A stretch of 64,000 nt of DNA, taken from positions 81,654,001 to 81,718,000 of the forward strand of contig OX597816.1 of assembly GCA_951406725.2 (NCBI GenBank), read 5' to 3'. Numbering within the stretch: position 1 is the stretch's first letter; every line of letters starts with the position of its first letter. Both the position numbers and the translations under genes were made by a program. This DNA comes from Octopus vulgaris (lineage: Eukaryota). A model generated the notes under the pieces. The model saw only the letters and a list, made by a program, of their open reading frames with translations. It did no database searches and was not told the origin of the DNA. Shown here piece by piece: positions 24,982-39,042 of the stretch.

Positions 24982-25121
24982 TTATACTCACAACAGATTA
25001 GACTGTTGGAAAATAAAAATTCTTAACATGGGCTACAAGTAACCTTAGATGCCAAGAACCCTCCTAATTATCTTAGCCGAACCTAATGATACTGTTTTCT
25101 GGAGCTGTACTAAACTGGGTT
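24982..25121 (-). mobile_element. 3' end fragment of the R4/Dong-like element, abutting an (ATT)n tract
   Basis: Reverse complement matches about 29785-29930 (cccagtttagtacagctccagaaaacagt...taatctgttg); (ATT)n at about 24936-24980. Confidence 0.8.
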
Positions 25122-25939
25122 TATTATTGTTATTATCATCATCATCATCATCATAGCTAGCTGGAAAAAATCATTAGTGCATTGGACAAAATGTTTAGTG
25201 AACTTTTTCTTTTGACTCTTTGCATTCTGAGCTCAAATTCTGCTGATGTCAACTTTGCTTTTCATTCTTTCGTGATTGATAAAATACATGCCAGTTGAGC
25301 ATTGCAGTTAGAGTAATTGATTATCCCCCTGTTGCAAAATTTCAGACCATGCACTAATAGTCGAAAGAATTATTATTAGTAGTGTTGAATGACAGAATTA
25401 GTAGAATGGCATACAAAACTCTTTACATTCAGAGCTCAAATCCAAATGAGGTTGACTTCGTATTTTATTTTTGAGGATTTTATAAAATAAGCACCAGTTA
25501 AGTACCATCGTTAATATAATCAACTGTTTACTATTATAGATGTGTTGCCTTGTGTCTATGTTACGAATCATAATTGTTATAGTATATATGTATTTCTAAA
25601 GTTGAGGATGATTTTTAATGACATTGATGAGATTTTAATGGTTTCTTCATAAAGTGTTTGCAAGTAGTATGTTCATTTCTAAACAAATTATTTGCTTTAA
25701 CATTATTATTTTTTTTCTTTACTCATCAAGAAAAAACAATTTCTTGCCGTTAAAACATTACTTGACGAAGTTATTTTTTTACAAGTTCAGATAAACTGAG
25801 AAATAATATTGGCAAGTATATAAGAGAAAGTTGACTATGTTTGAATATATGCATGGATTACATATACTGGGTGAAATGATACTGTGTGTTGGTGATAGAG
25901 AAAGACTGAAGAGTTACTTATATAATAATAATAGTAATA

Positions 25940-26160
25940 ATAATCCTTTCTACTATAGGCACAAGGCCTGAAATTTTGTGGAGAGGGGACTAGTCATCAT
26001 ATCAATCCCAGTGTTTCATTTGTACTTAATTTACCGACCCCAAAAGGATGAAAGCAAAGTTGACCTTGGTGGAATTTGAACTCAGAATGCTAACACTGCA
26101 TACAATTCAGCATGCCAACACTACATACAGCATGCTAATGATTCTACCAGCTTGCCGCCT
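25940..26160 (-). mobile_element. tRNA-derived SINE, near full length (reverse orientation)
   Basis: aaggatgaaagcaaagttgacc...gaatttgaactcag...accagcttgccgcc; (AAT)n flanks. Confidence 0.8.
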
Positions 26161-26183
26161 TAATAATAATAATAATAATAATA

Positions 26184-26219
<36 letters not shown>

Positions 26220-26223
<4 letters not shown>

Positions 26224-27040
26224 TATTGCATACAGTGCATGGATGTACTACAACTCATCAGAAAAACAAAGTAACCAAGACTGCATGAACAGTACATAGA
26301 ATATGCACAGGGAATGAACAGTGTATAAGTCTTCAAAAAAAATAATAAAACAAAAGAAATGGTGGGGGGGGGGCATCAGGTGTACTGTTGACAGATTTTA
26401 GGAAGCTTGAAAATTTTGTAGGATGTAGTGTCCTGACAGCTAACAACTGATGCAAGTAGTTTATTCCTGTGAAGAAATGTTTCCAAAAGTCATGGGTGTT
26501 GTGTTGTATTTTGATTTCGTAAGCATGTCCACAAGTGTTAGACATATGAAATTCAAAATGGGGCCCAAGATAGTTGTTGGAAAGATGATGGATAATCTTG
26601 TGCATGTGTACCTAGTCAGTTGCCAGACATCGGAACTTTAATGTGTCCATGCCCAGAGAAGCAAGATGTTTGGAGTATGGTAGATGCTTGATGGCAGGTA
26701 TTCACTTGGTTGCCCATTTCTGAACAGTTTTCAGATCAATATGCTGAGCAAGATAGGGGTTCCAGACTAGTGATACAAACTCTAAGTTTTAAATAGATAC
26801 CTGGAGAGCAGCTGACAAAGGTGTTACTGAGTGATGCTAAGACACCCTCAGTCTTCTTGTAGAATCTTAGAGATGTGTTTTGTCCAATGCAGATCGCTGT
26901 TTACAATAATACCCACATCACATTCACTAACAGACTTCCTTGAGTTATTTGTGTGGCACAGAATTGAAGGTTTTTGCAAAGTCAAGATAGGTTAATATCC
27001 ACCTAATTAAATTTTCTTGCTTAAGAATTTCTGCCAAATT
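26220..27040 (-). mobile_element. CR1-like LINE, 3' end of RT and tail
   Basis: The - strand reads ...HKIIHH...FEFHMSNTCGHAYEI...KHFF, matching the CR1-type C-terminal pattern (YKI...TRGH..K...FF); short tail copies near 20220, 24578 (-) and 54955 (+). Confidence 0.75.
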
Positions 27041-28099
27041 CAACAAATTATTATTAGAGCCTGGGAAAATTGGTGAAGTGGCAGAAATGATGAAGTAGTA
27101 GACTATATGCCTTGCAGTATTTCTGTAACATTAAATTTAGATCCTGAGATGGTTGAGCTAGTCTTGTATCTCAGAAAAAAGCTAATAAAATTGAACTTTA
27201 TTAATTATTTGTCTTCTTACATGAGGCTTATAAGTTTAATTTGCCATCTTAACTAATACTTACATAATGTAAAGAATTGTTGGAAATAAATGCAATTTAC
27301 ATTACCTAGCTGTATCATTGGTACTAGAAATTTACAACCACATGACACATAAACATATATCAATGGCATGGAGATTGCTAATTAAACAGTCATCATTTTT
27401 ACTTATTGTTATTGCAGAGCCTGCTGTCTAAAATTAAGGTCTTTAACCCTTTAGCATTCAGATTTCTCTGTCTAATGTAAAGCTTATTTATTCAAATTGT
27501 TTTGAATTAATTATGTGTTATTTTATAGATTTGGTATTTCAATGATGTGATTGTTTACCTTTAGAATAATATTGTAGGGTAGGTGTGATAGGCTGGATCT
27601 GGCCAGTTTGAAGATAACAAAAGTAGATTATTTTGGCTGGTTTAAGTGCTAAAGAGTTAAACATAGCCCTCTCAGAAAGAAAGAAGGTTGTTGCAAAAAC
27701 CCTAACTTTTGGTGATTTCTGATTAAACATAACCAATTAAAGAAAAAGGGGCAGTGAGTTTAGCACAGTCATATTATCTACTGACTAAAACTTAGTGAAT
27801 TTCCTTAATACCCTTTATTATTTTAATTATCATAAGTGAGACCCATGGAAATTTCAAACTTTATAAATGTTCATTTATCTATTTAGATATTATAAAGACT
27901 TTGACTGTCTTCAGTTCCATTCCATAGTTAAGATTGTTTAAAGCATAAAGCTCAAACTTGTGTCTCTTTGATTTGATTACATAGTTGTTAATAATAATGA
28001 TGATGATGATGATGATGATGATGATAATAATAATAATAAAGATCAGTGTTACTTTGATGGCATGCACTGCTCTCTCACTCAATGATGATTATGATGATG

Positions 28100-29940
28100 A
28101 TGAAGGAAGCTGCTAGAAATGATTAGCAAAGTAGATTCTGCTATCAGTAGGATAAATACTAAAAATATAGGAGATACTAACTTATTGATCTATGCAGGAG
28201 GGGTAATAGTCACCAGAAGTTTAGATATCTCACAGGGAAAGATTTAAAAAGAGCAAATGAGGAAAAGGAGAATTCAAAATAACATGATGTAAGACAAGAT
28301 CTGAGTAGAATAGAAACCCGGAAAACAAACAAGTTAGGAAACACAAGATGCAAATCTTCCCTCAAGAAAGATACTTAGTTAAAGAGAAAGGATTTGGAAC
28401 AGTAATAGAAGAGCTGAAAGAGCATATCATAGCAGTAGCAGGCAAGCTCTCCAGCTATCAGAAAAGAATAGATCAGTATCAACAGAATAGATTATTTAAG
28501 ATAGACCAGAGGAGATTTTATAACCAAATAAATAGTGGAGAATTAAGTACTGAAGATGAGAAACCTAATGCAGAAAATTAATCATTTGCTCTACATGGAT
28601 GATCTAAAGCTCTGATCTGAAGAATGAAAAAGGGATAGATTCCTAAATACAGGCTGTAAGACTCTTCATCAAAGATACAGGCATGGAATTTGGCATAGAT
28701 AAGTGTACAAAATTAGCAATGAGAAGGGGACAGGTAGTCAACAGCAAAGGCATCCAATTACCAGATGGTCTGACATCAAAATCACCGAAAGGAGGTGAGA
28801 GTTATAAGTAACTAGGAGTTTAAGAATCTAACAGTACTAACTACAGAAATAAAAATGAAAATTGAGAAGGGGTACATCAGCAGGGTGAGTAAGCTAATGA
28901 AGTCAAAGCTAAATGGTCCAAATCTAGTGAAGGCTGTAAATACTTGGGCAGTATCATTACTTAGATACTCAGCAGCTTTTGTAGATTGGACAAAAACTGA
29001 ATTAGCAAAGACAGAACTAGGAAGGAATTCAATATGAATGGAGGACTCTATCAAAGGGCAGGAGTAGCAAGATTATACCTACCCCCAAAAAAAAGAACAG
29101 AAATTATCTGACAGGCAGGAGAAGGTGAGTTATGGTAGATTCTCATAGGATAGTTGCAGCAAATAGTAGTAGTGAGTCATGCAGCAAATAGTACTGAGAA
29201 AGGAAAGCTGAAAAGGGAGGCAGAAAATTTATTAGTAGCTGCATAAGATCAAGCATTAAGGACTAATTGGATAAAAGCCAAGATAGATTCCTAATGTAGA
29301 TTATACAAATCAAAAGAGGAAAGCGTTACTCATATAGTAAGTGAATGTAGCATGGCGGCACAGAAAGAATACAAGAAAAGACATTACAATCAAGGGAGAA
29401 CAATCCATTTAGAGCTATGTAAAAAGGTAGGATTTAAACATACTGATAAATGTTATGAACATGAACCTAGTAAAGTACTAGAAAGTAAGAAATACAACAT
29501 GTTGTGGGACTTTAACATTCAGACTGACAGAGTAATAGAAGCTAGAAGGCCTGATTTGATAGTAGTAGATAAAGAGAATAGATAGTGCCAAATAATTGAC
29601 TTTACAGTCCCAAATGATGAAAAAATTAATATGAGAGGTATAGAAAAAATAGCAAAGTCCCAGGACCTAGCTATTGGATTACAAAGACTATGGAAAGTGC
29701 AGGTAAATTGTATCCCAGTAGTTATAGGTGCATTGAGAACTATCCCTAAAGATCTGAACAGATGAATAGAGGAAATAGGCATAAAACCCAGTTTAGTACA
29801 GCTCCAGAAAACAGTGTTATTAGGGACAGTTAGAATACTTAATAGGTTTCTTGACATCTAAGGATACTTGCTATAGCCCGATGTTAGGATTCTTTTCTTT
29901 TCCAACAGCCTAATCTGTTGAGTGTATATGAAAATAATAA
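28100..29940 (+). mobile_element. Degenerate R4/Dong-like non-LTR retrotransposon (RT + restriction-like endonuclease), internally deleted
   Basis: QQNRLF, NHLLYMDDLKL, FGIDKC, NLVKAVNTWAVSLLRYSA, Zn-knuckle remnant HIVSEC...YKKRH, and RLE motifs LWDFNIQTD...RRPDLIVVDK and IPVVIGAL. Confidence 0.9.
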
Positions 29941-31200
29941 TATCATAAAAGTAATATAAGATATTTACAAAGGGCATCAAGAGGGCCCAGAATAGCAAAA
30001 CCAATGGAGCAGTGGACAAAAAGCAGTTCTCTATTTATATTTCTATATTCTGAGTTCAAATTTTGCCAAGATTGACTTTACCTTCCTGGATTGATAAAAT
30101 TTGTAACAGTTCAGTACAGGGAACATCTTAATCAACTGTATCATCCTCAAAATTTTGTAAACTTAAGATAAATATTCTTACTGTTATTATTTGATGTTTT
30201 ATTTGCTTTGGATGGAAACAGGATTGTGTTAAGCAACTACATTTTTTTTAGCATCGGTAGAAACGTTATATGTTATTAATACTTATGAAAATCTTATATT
30301 TATTACATTAATGTCATAGAGATCCACCTAGTTAGTTTGATTTTATCGGTTGCAAATATTTTTTTAAAAATCAATTAGAAATAGTTGTTTATAATTTTTT
30401 TTTTTTTATAAACTGTGAAAATTACTATTGAATGACTGACTTTCTTTAAACATCTAGCATTTATTTGTATGAATAGCTTCTGTGTGTTCACAGCTAAACA
30501 CTGTTAGCATTGTACTTCTGCTAACAGAAACGATACTTAGGTTTACATTATTTCTTAGCTAACTTTTGAAATCTCACCTTCAGCTTGTCCTCATCCCATA
30601 CTGTTCACCCCCAGCCCCAAACCTAACCTGTGTCTTTGCTAGCAACTTGATATTTGATATTTCAAAACTACACTCACCTTGTAACTTAAAGAAAGAAAAA
30701 TTCTGTTATAATACTGATTCTCTACTTTCTTTTCTTTTATCTTGCATTTTTTATCTTATTTTTGTGAATTATTTTTAATGTTTCCTTTTTTTTTGTTGTT
30801 GTTGATGACTCATTATAAATATTTATGAATAAAATAACTAAATGGAGCTCATTGAATGTCATTTACTTTTAATTCTGACCTTTTTATTTGGTGTAAGCGT
30901 CCCATTTCTTTGTGCCCTGATAATCATCCTCCTACTTCTTCACACCCTTTATAGTTATTGGCCAGGCCAGTGGCTAAGTACTGTACTGCCACACTCCTCC
31001 TATTCTCAAATTGTCAACAGACTTCAGTTTCATTCTTTATTTTTTATTTTAACATTAGCAGTTTGCTACTTTCCAGTGAAAGTTTCAAAACCATTTTAAT
31101 TCCACTTGATGACTAATAGCACAGCTGTGAAGCTAGACAATTGCAGACCAGTGCATGCACAAGACCACCTTTATTCTCTGCAGTTTCACCACTCATACTG

Positions 31201-31206
31201 TCAGTT
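31201..31206 (+). promoter_or_regulatory. Initiator-like TCAGTT upstream of a candidate start exon
   Basis: Motif match only, in a repeat-poor stretch about 235 bp upstream of ATG 31437. Confidence 0.15.
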
Positions 31207-31436
31207 GTCAACACTCTGAGCCAGTAGAGATTTTAACTTGGGAGAACATTGAAAACAAAGCAGACAAGAGCCACAGTTAGCATACAGGAAAACTAGAAGC
31301 TATTTTCGTTTTGATTTTGTTTTTTTTTTATGCTCCTAGATTTATTCCTCTTACAGATTTGTTGCAAAATATTGCAACTTTAAAATCAATTTTAATGCAT
31401 TTCCCAAACAGACCTTCTCGATTTTTTAAAGGTGCA

Positions 31437-31470
31437 ATGAATGATGAGGAAGAATACATGCTTTTGTTTG
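31437..31470 (+). CDS. Candidate alternative start exon (MNDEEEYMLLF + 1 nt)
   Basis: Purine-rich codon-like island; possible acceptor tcttacag at 31356; donor TTG|GTGGGT (phase 1) with a competing GG|GTAATT 4 nt downstream (phase 2). Confidence 0.4.
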
Positions 31471-33904
31471 GTGGGTAATTTTTAAAATTTTTTTTCTTCT
31501 CGCTCTCTCTGGTTCAGCAATTTACTATATTTCTGTTACTTTCTTCTTTCTTTCAAACTGCATGACTACCTCAGTATAATATTATTTTTACTACCATAAA
31601 GTTTCTAGAATAATAAATCTAATTACTGCTATAGTAATCTACTGCTTTTTTATGTAGACATTTTTGTTTTATTTAACAACTTAGATTTTCTTTCACATTT
31701 TTTGGTTTAAAAACATCTAATCCACAACAATATTAAAGTTTACATGTTATTGAAATTTAAGTACTAGTAAATTGAGTTATAACTATGTTTTGTGAAATAT
31801 CTCTATCTCTGAAGAGTTTTAGTATCCCTACAATAAAAAGAGTGTCGGTTTCTGAAAGCTTTTCAAGATTGACTGAAATTTGTATAGCAGTTTTGGAATC
31901 TGTGTAGTAATTGTTTCCTTCTGTTTATGAGGCTTGTTCTCTAAAAAAATGTGGTTCCCACAGAGAAACGAAAAAAATTCTATTTCTTAATCAACAACAA
32001 ATAATTATAATAATGTATTAGTGTTTCTTTTATGGCCCTTGGTATGTAGATAAAAATGTGCATTTAAAAAGGGAATTTTTTTAATGGTTCATTTGTTACA
32101 TCACTTAAATGGTATAACTGCAAACAATAAATAATTAACTTTGTTAAAAAGCCACAAATTTGTGGTGAGGGTGTCTAATCAATGCGACCAATTTCAATGT
32201 ATGACTGGTATTCAACCCCTTGTAATTTGGACTTTGAATGTAAAAAATGGAATGAAATGCTGTTAAACCTTTAGTTTATGTTTTACTGTTTTTGCCAACT
32301 CACTAATCTTGGAATAATACTAATAACAATAATGATTTCTTACATAGATAGAAGACAACTTTAATTTAGGATAAGTGTAACTTGTAGAACTGAACTTAAT
32401 GTACTTCTGGTTGTCCTTTATCAACCCATAGGCAATGAAAAGCAAAATAAACTTTGGATACTTCAAAAGAGCTAATCTGAACCTTTACCGACTCTAACTA
32501 TCCTTAATGCTTCCATAATAACAATGACAATTTATAGTATAGCTACAAGGCTCCAAACTTCCAGGAGGCTGTAGCTTGTTAGATTGACCTCCAGTATATG
32601 ACTGGTGCTTTTTTTTAGCATTCTCAAAAGAGCAAAAAGTAAAGTTGACCTGAGTAGGATTTGAACTCTGAAGATTTGAGTACCTAAGTACACATGTGAT
32701 TTTAACCTACTGCTCCCCAGTTTCTACTGTTTATCTGCCCCTCTCATTATAATAATTGTAAAGAAAACCTTTTTATTTTAATACGGCTTTCTTTTTTAAG
32801 CACTATATCAATATTTTCAAGGAAGTTGGTATGGGTAATAAGAACAAAGTCCAGTGAATTATTTATACTTATAATATTGGCATCAACCAAGTCTGCTCTA
32901 CATTTTCATTTATAATAAAAATTATCTCTGTAATATATAATTTATTCATTAGTCATCTTTTCTCTTTCTTGTCTGTTACCTCAAAATTAACTTTATCTTT
33001 GTAATATTATTTTATCATTATTCAAATACACCAGTACTATTATTTATGAATTATTGGTTTGTATTGCTTGTCATGGCAACCCTATTATGCTATGGTATTT
33101 AGTTGTCAGTGTACGTTGTGCAAAATAGGTCTCCAGCCATAACAATAGCTATACACATTTTTGGCTCATGCAAACTTATTTTCTAAGGCCAATCATGTTA
33201 ACATACAATTTTCCCACTCATTTTATAATAAAAGGCTTTCAAATATCTACAAGAGCAATAGGTGGGAAATGTTCTAAATGTTTTCTGTTTGTCTTTTTTT
33301 TTTAATTTTCTTTTTTATATTTCTTGATGTTAATGAATTTGAAAAAATATCAGCAAATCAAATAAAAAAATTATACTTCTTTGGTATGTCAATAGGTGTG
33401 ATGTTATTTTATATCCCTCAATTCTCCTACTAGCTTTTCTATGAAGGTCATCTGAATAGATATGGTGCTGCACAACCAAAATCTGGTTAATGTTTCATCT
33501 CCCTTATGCTGGATAAAAATATATATAAAAACTTTCCTGCTTTCTGTATCATTGGTCATAAACGTTGTTGTTGATTAGGTCCATGTCAGCTCTGATCCAG
33601 TAGACTTAAGATCAAAGATCAGGTATGATCATCTTTTTTTCAAGCATATTCTATCAAGAACTATCTTATCTAACAGGGCTTTCCTTTTTAAGATGGTTTA
33701 ATGAACATTTGGCTGCTATTTCTTTAGATTGAATAACCACATAGACAAGCCCTCACCTTTTCAGCGATGCTCTACAAATGACTAAGAACTTCACAGTCAC
33801 ACTTTATTATTATTATTTATAGTAAGGAAGTGGGACAGTGCTCAAAGCCCTTTCAGGTCCACCCAGATTGATGAAATTGATAACTAATGTTAGCCAATAT
33901 TCTT

Positions 33905-34800
33905 GACATCATCATTTTACATTTGCTTTCCATGTTGGTATGGATTCCATGGGTTGTCATAACAGCTTTCTTCTTCAGTACTGCATGTTGCTGATTTTGT
34001 CATTCTCTTTGCAAGGTATAACATCCTAAGATCCAGCTTCACCACTTCATCCTGTGTTTTCCTAGGTCTTCCAGATCTACAGATTCCATCAACTTTGAAA
34101 ATCCTGCACTTATTTATACAGCTGTCATCCTCTATATGCATCAAATGCCCATACCAGTGCAATCTTTACTCTTGTACTCTACATCTGGTTTATCTTATAC
34201 TTAATTTTTCTTGCAGCTCATTTATTTTGATTTATGTACACTAACATTACATATCCACTGGAACATTTCTCACTCTATGTCTTTCTAGTCTTCACACATT
34301 CTCTGCATTCAGGGCTCATATCTCACTCCCATACGGCATTGCAATTCATGCATAAGCATCATTCAATCTGCCTTTCACTCTGAGAGAAAATCCTTTGCAG
34401 CCAGCTGTAGTGACAGCTTCCTGAACTTTTTTCCAATCCTGGTTACTTTGCTTTCTGAACACTCACCTCCACTGCTAATTCTGTCATATATATAATAAGC
34501 TTTCAGGGAACCATCTGGACAGTTGAGAAAATCTGTTTCCTGTGTACCTTAGTACTTATTGTCCTCTGTGCATCTGCTGCATGCAAAAACTTACTGTCCT
34601 TGTTAGCCTGCTTATGATTCTACATTTTGTACCACTCTGTTTTACATTGGGAACATCATATGGAATTTCAACCTACTCTTTTTTTGCTTAGTGATCATGG
34701 CCATTTCTGTGGTGGTATCAAAATCCTATCTTATTTCCTACATCCTATTCTTTAGTATTTGCTAAGTTTACTTTGGAGGTCTCTCTCAATTTAAGGTCTA
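33905..34800 (-). mobile_element. RTE-clade LINE 3' fragment
   Basis: ORF 33917-34162 has HWYGHLMH...GRPRKT..EVVKLDL, the RTE RT C-terminus; family tail at the left end. Confidence 0.85.
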
Positions 34801-35819
34801 ATTACCTTGTAAAAATTTTTTGGATGCTGCATTTTACTCCTTTTTCTATACTAATTTTAGTGTGACGTTCTGTTGCAGCTACATTTTGACTAACATACTA
34901 CACCTGTCAATCCACATCTCAGCACCTAAACAGTTCCCACATCCTAAATATATAAAGAAGAAAAATAAATTAGTACCAAATATATTGCTTTAATTTTTTT
35001 TTTTTGTGTAATACTGTGCAACTTTTATCCAAGTTTGTTCTTCCTGTTTCAGGAAATTATTTTCCATATTCCTCAAGATTGTAACTGAATCTGACATCTC
35101 TCTTTCTTCATAATACACCCAAACAGCTATATATTGTGCATGTTTTTTGTTTATCCTGTACTAAAATATAAAAAATAAAAGTGTTCAGTACAACTTTGTT
35201 GAACGTGTGTAGCATCTTATATATGTTAATTCACATGAGATAAGCAGGGATAACATTACTCAGTCACTATTTCATTTGGTCACTTGACCTACACTTTACA
35301 GATGCAATAAGATGGTTCTAGATGATGTAATCTGTACAGACTATAAGTTGTTCTCCATTATACAGGAGTAGAGAATACTTTTTTAAATTCTTAAGAAAGA
35401 ATTTGGGCATATGTTGGCTAATGAAAATTAATGTGTTCTTTTTTAATTGAAGAAGGATATGTCACAGCTATAAGAAAAAAATTTTTTTCTTTTAAACTTT
35501 TGAAGAAGAAATTTAGAAAATTTTTAAAACAAATATGTGGAAAGTTCGTTGTGGTCCTTAAAACTGATATTTCAACTTTGGGGGAAAAAAAAGAAAACAC
35601 TTTCTTTAACCTGAAATGAATTCATGAACACAACTTTTTTTTATCACTGACGTTTGTATTCTTTTTATTATACATTTGCTTAAAACAATTATAAAAATAA
35701 TAAAGACAGTAAGAAAAAGGAAAAGAATGTTCATGCATTCATTTCACATTAATGAAAGTGGTTTATTTTTCTCTAATGTTGAAATATATGCATAAATACA
35801 TATACACACATACATTCTC

Positions 35820-35968
35820 GGAGTGGTTGGCATTAGGAAGCACATCCAGCCATAGAAACCTTGCCAAATCAGACTGGAACCTGGTGCAGCCCCCTGGCTT
35901 ACAAGTTTTCAGTTAATCCATCAAACCCATGCCAGCATGGAAAGCAGGCGTTAAACGATGATGATGAT
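35820..35968 (+). mobile_element. RTE-type tail
   Basis: gagtggttggcattaggaag...ccatgccagcatggaaagcaggcgttaaacgatgatgatg. Confidence 0.75.
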
Positions 35969-36295
35969 ACATGTATGCATGCATGCAAACATACATTACA
36001 TAAATGTGTAGGTAAAGGCATGGCTATGTGGTTGAGAAGTTTGATTTTTAACCATATGGTCTGGAGTTCAGTTCTGCTGGGCTAATCAATGCTTTGTGAG
36101 TGAATTTAGTAGACAGAAACTGTACAAAGCCCATGGTATATGTGTGTCTGTGTGTACTTAAAGCTGGACAAGTCAGTACAAGAGAGACATGTAATGAACA
36201 ATTACACATTTATCTTTATCTGTTAACCTCTCTGTTATCTCCTCTTACTACTGTCATTGTTCTTTTTATTTTAAATATATGTATCTTCACCACCA

Positions 36296-36328
36296 TCTCT
36301 TATGATAAAAGGCAGATTTTCTCTGCCT
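36296..36328 (+). mobile_element. Isolated 5' terminus of the same Helitron family as 5246-6580
   Basis: A|tctcttatgataaaaggcagattttctctgcct versus A|tctcttattataaaaggcagattttatctgcct (2 differences in 33 nt). Confidence 0.7.
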
Positions 36329-39038
36329 GTGTATAGTGATAAAATGATCATAGTTGGATTACGTATGTGTAGACCTCTTTCATCTAATGTAGTCCTGTTG
36401 TCTATGGCAGCGATTCAACATGTGAACATGTAAATAAAGTACTTTAATTGAAAAAGCAAGGAAAAGTTGGCTTGTAGAAGGACATCATGCTATAGAATCC
36501 TTCCTCAGGAGTACTGTTCAACCAAGCTCTATGGAAAAAGTCAACAGAAGAAACAATTGTGGTGGTGATTAAGATGATATATGCATATATTTTGTTTTGT
36601 GGTACAGAAATAACTTTAAAATACACTCTTGTTATAGAAATGCATAGTGTAAACCATGTCAGTATACAAGAAAAAAACAGTGTTACATATGACAATCACA
36701 CATGTATGTACACACATACCTATATGCAAGCATATAAATGAATACTTATACACACACTAAGTTACATTCTTCAATAAAGTATATTTCAATTATGAACTTG
36801 TAACTTTAACTTTCTTTCCTAGTTGTCTCTCAGATACTAATTTAAATTCAGTTAAAAATATTGATGCTGATTTTGTTTTCCCCTACCCACTATTTTTAAG
36901 ATTTTAGTGACCTGACTGTATTAATATTGATAATCAGTTAATGTTATTGCTATTGCAGTGTACTTTGATGTTGTTTATTTTTCTTTTAATGAAATGAACT
37001 CAATTTACTTACCAAGTTGTCTTTTGTGATGGACATATTTTTACTATTTTACCATATATAAGTGTATATGTGTAGGAGACATGGTGAGAGAAAAACATTA
37101 CCTTAAAATTTAGTTTGACTAAATTAAAGCTAAATGAAACCCAATAAATTTCAAAATTCCAAATTCTTTGGTTTGCCAGTTTTGTATGCTCTCTCTCTCT
37201 CCCCCCTCTCTCTCTCTCTCCTCTCTCTGATATATTATTAATGAATGTAACTCATTTGCTCTATTGTAGTTTTTCTATTCTGTAAATTTCCACTGTATAT
37301 ATATATATTGTTTTTTTCCCCACTAAGCTCTTCTTACATTTGTATTTTAACCAAGATTTCCTTTTTGTGTGTGTGTTTTGATGATATGGATTAGTTAGCT
37401 ATCAAATTACTGTTGCATTGTTGTAGACTAAGTCCAGGTTGTGACATGTTTCTGGCAATATCTATTAATTCTTCCAAATTCTTTTTTATAAGTAACTGCT
37501 TTTCTGCCAGTAAAAATATAAATTGCCCAAACCTCTCAGAGCAACAATTTATTTCCACCCCACCTTTCTTTTCTTCTTAGAATATGAAAACATAGAAGGG
37601 AGAAGTGATAATTGTCTCATTCAACTATATAGATTATTTCATAACCCTCAGTATTTTCCCAGCACTTTAGTTTTTATTTGTTTAGTTTTTCTGCCTATTT
37701 ATTTATCTATTTTGCATTTCTTCCAGAAAAGTTTAGATAATGCATGGTGATTTTTATATAAATGCTATTTTAAAAGAGAATAATTTGATAATGTAATGTA
37801 GTGCATGTGGATTACAGTGACTAGTTTCACATAGTTAATAGAAATGGCAAGCAATAGATAATGACAAAGTAAAATGCCAATAATATGAGAGGAAGGTTCT
37901 GCCAGACATATGTAATACAATGCACAAGAAAAAGTACCCAACAATAAACTGTTTGCTATTTTCAAAAACACTTTATTACTTTTTGGTTTTATAGTTAGTG
38001 AGAATGCAAATACATAGAAAGATTGAAATATTGTATGGAGTATTTGTTTTGTTATGATACCACTTCAATAAAGAAGTTAGCTAAATTATTTTGCATTATT
38101 ATCCCTATTTGTTCATTTATTTATTGCTAACATTGTTTTGCTTTATTCAATTTTTCCTACCTCTAAATCAAATATAAAGTAAGTGATGTGTCTATTATCA
38201 ATTAGACAGCTTGAGATGAGCAGATCAATATCCTTTGCATAGGATCACAACACAAACCAGGAACTTTTTTATACTTGTTTGAGCTGATCAGTATAGCAAC
38301 TAAATTTCCCTCATCAAATTCTTGTCTTCAAAATGAGGACAACAATAGTTGTAAGTTCTAAATCTTTTTGTAACAGGCCTCACTATAAAAACAGAATGGT
38401 TGCAGTTGGAATACCAGTTAAGCAATGCTGACTTGGATTAGTCAACAATGAGATGGTTTCAACAAAACAACTTGTGACCACCTTGTATAATCCAGTGCTT
38501 TACCCAACAATAATTATTTATCTGACAGATATTTATACATGCCAAATAGACTGAAGCAAGAAATGTGCACATATTTTATTGTCTGTAGCAAGATTTGAAC
38601 TTGTGACCTTTGCTTATGGTGCCATATGTATGGCATTTGAGTGATTATTTGGATGTTGCACAACTTACCCAAATGTCCTGAATTTGAAATCACATTGAGG
38701 AAGACACCTAAGTGTAAAGTACATATTACAACTGGTTCATAGAAAATATTGAAAATTGTTGTAAAACAGCTAAAACAAAACTGGATTGATTGATTCTTTA
38801 AAGAGGCAAAAATATTATGTAATATATCTGGCTGAATCATGAAATAAAGTGAAGAAATTACCTTCAAGCAGAATGCTATATTAGCAATCGAGTTCTAGGT
38901 TGTAGACAAGGTAAATTAGCCAGGCAAAATGAAATTAACTATGCGTTTGCTTCAAAAAAGAAACTACAAGTACAGTATCCTTTGAAGAGCAAAGATGAAA
39001 CCATTCATCCAAATAATGACCGTGACAAGTAGATTATA

Positions 39039-39042
39039 ATGG
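39039..39042 (+). CDS. Candidate alternative start exon contributing only Met + 1 nt
   Basis: In-frame TAG at 39030, then ataATGG|GTAAGA: A at -3, G at +4, strong phase-1 donor. Confidence 0.35.
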
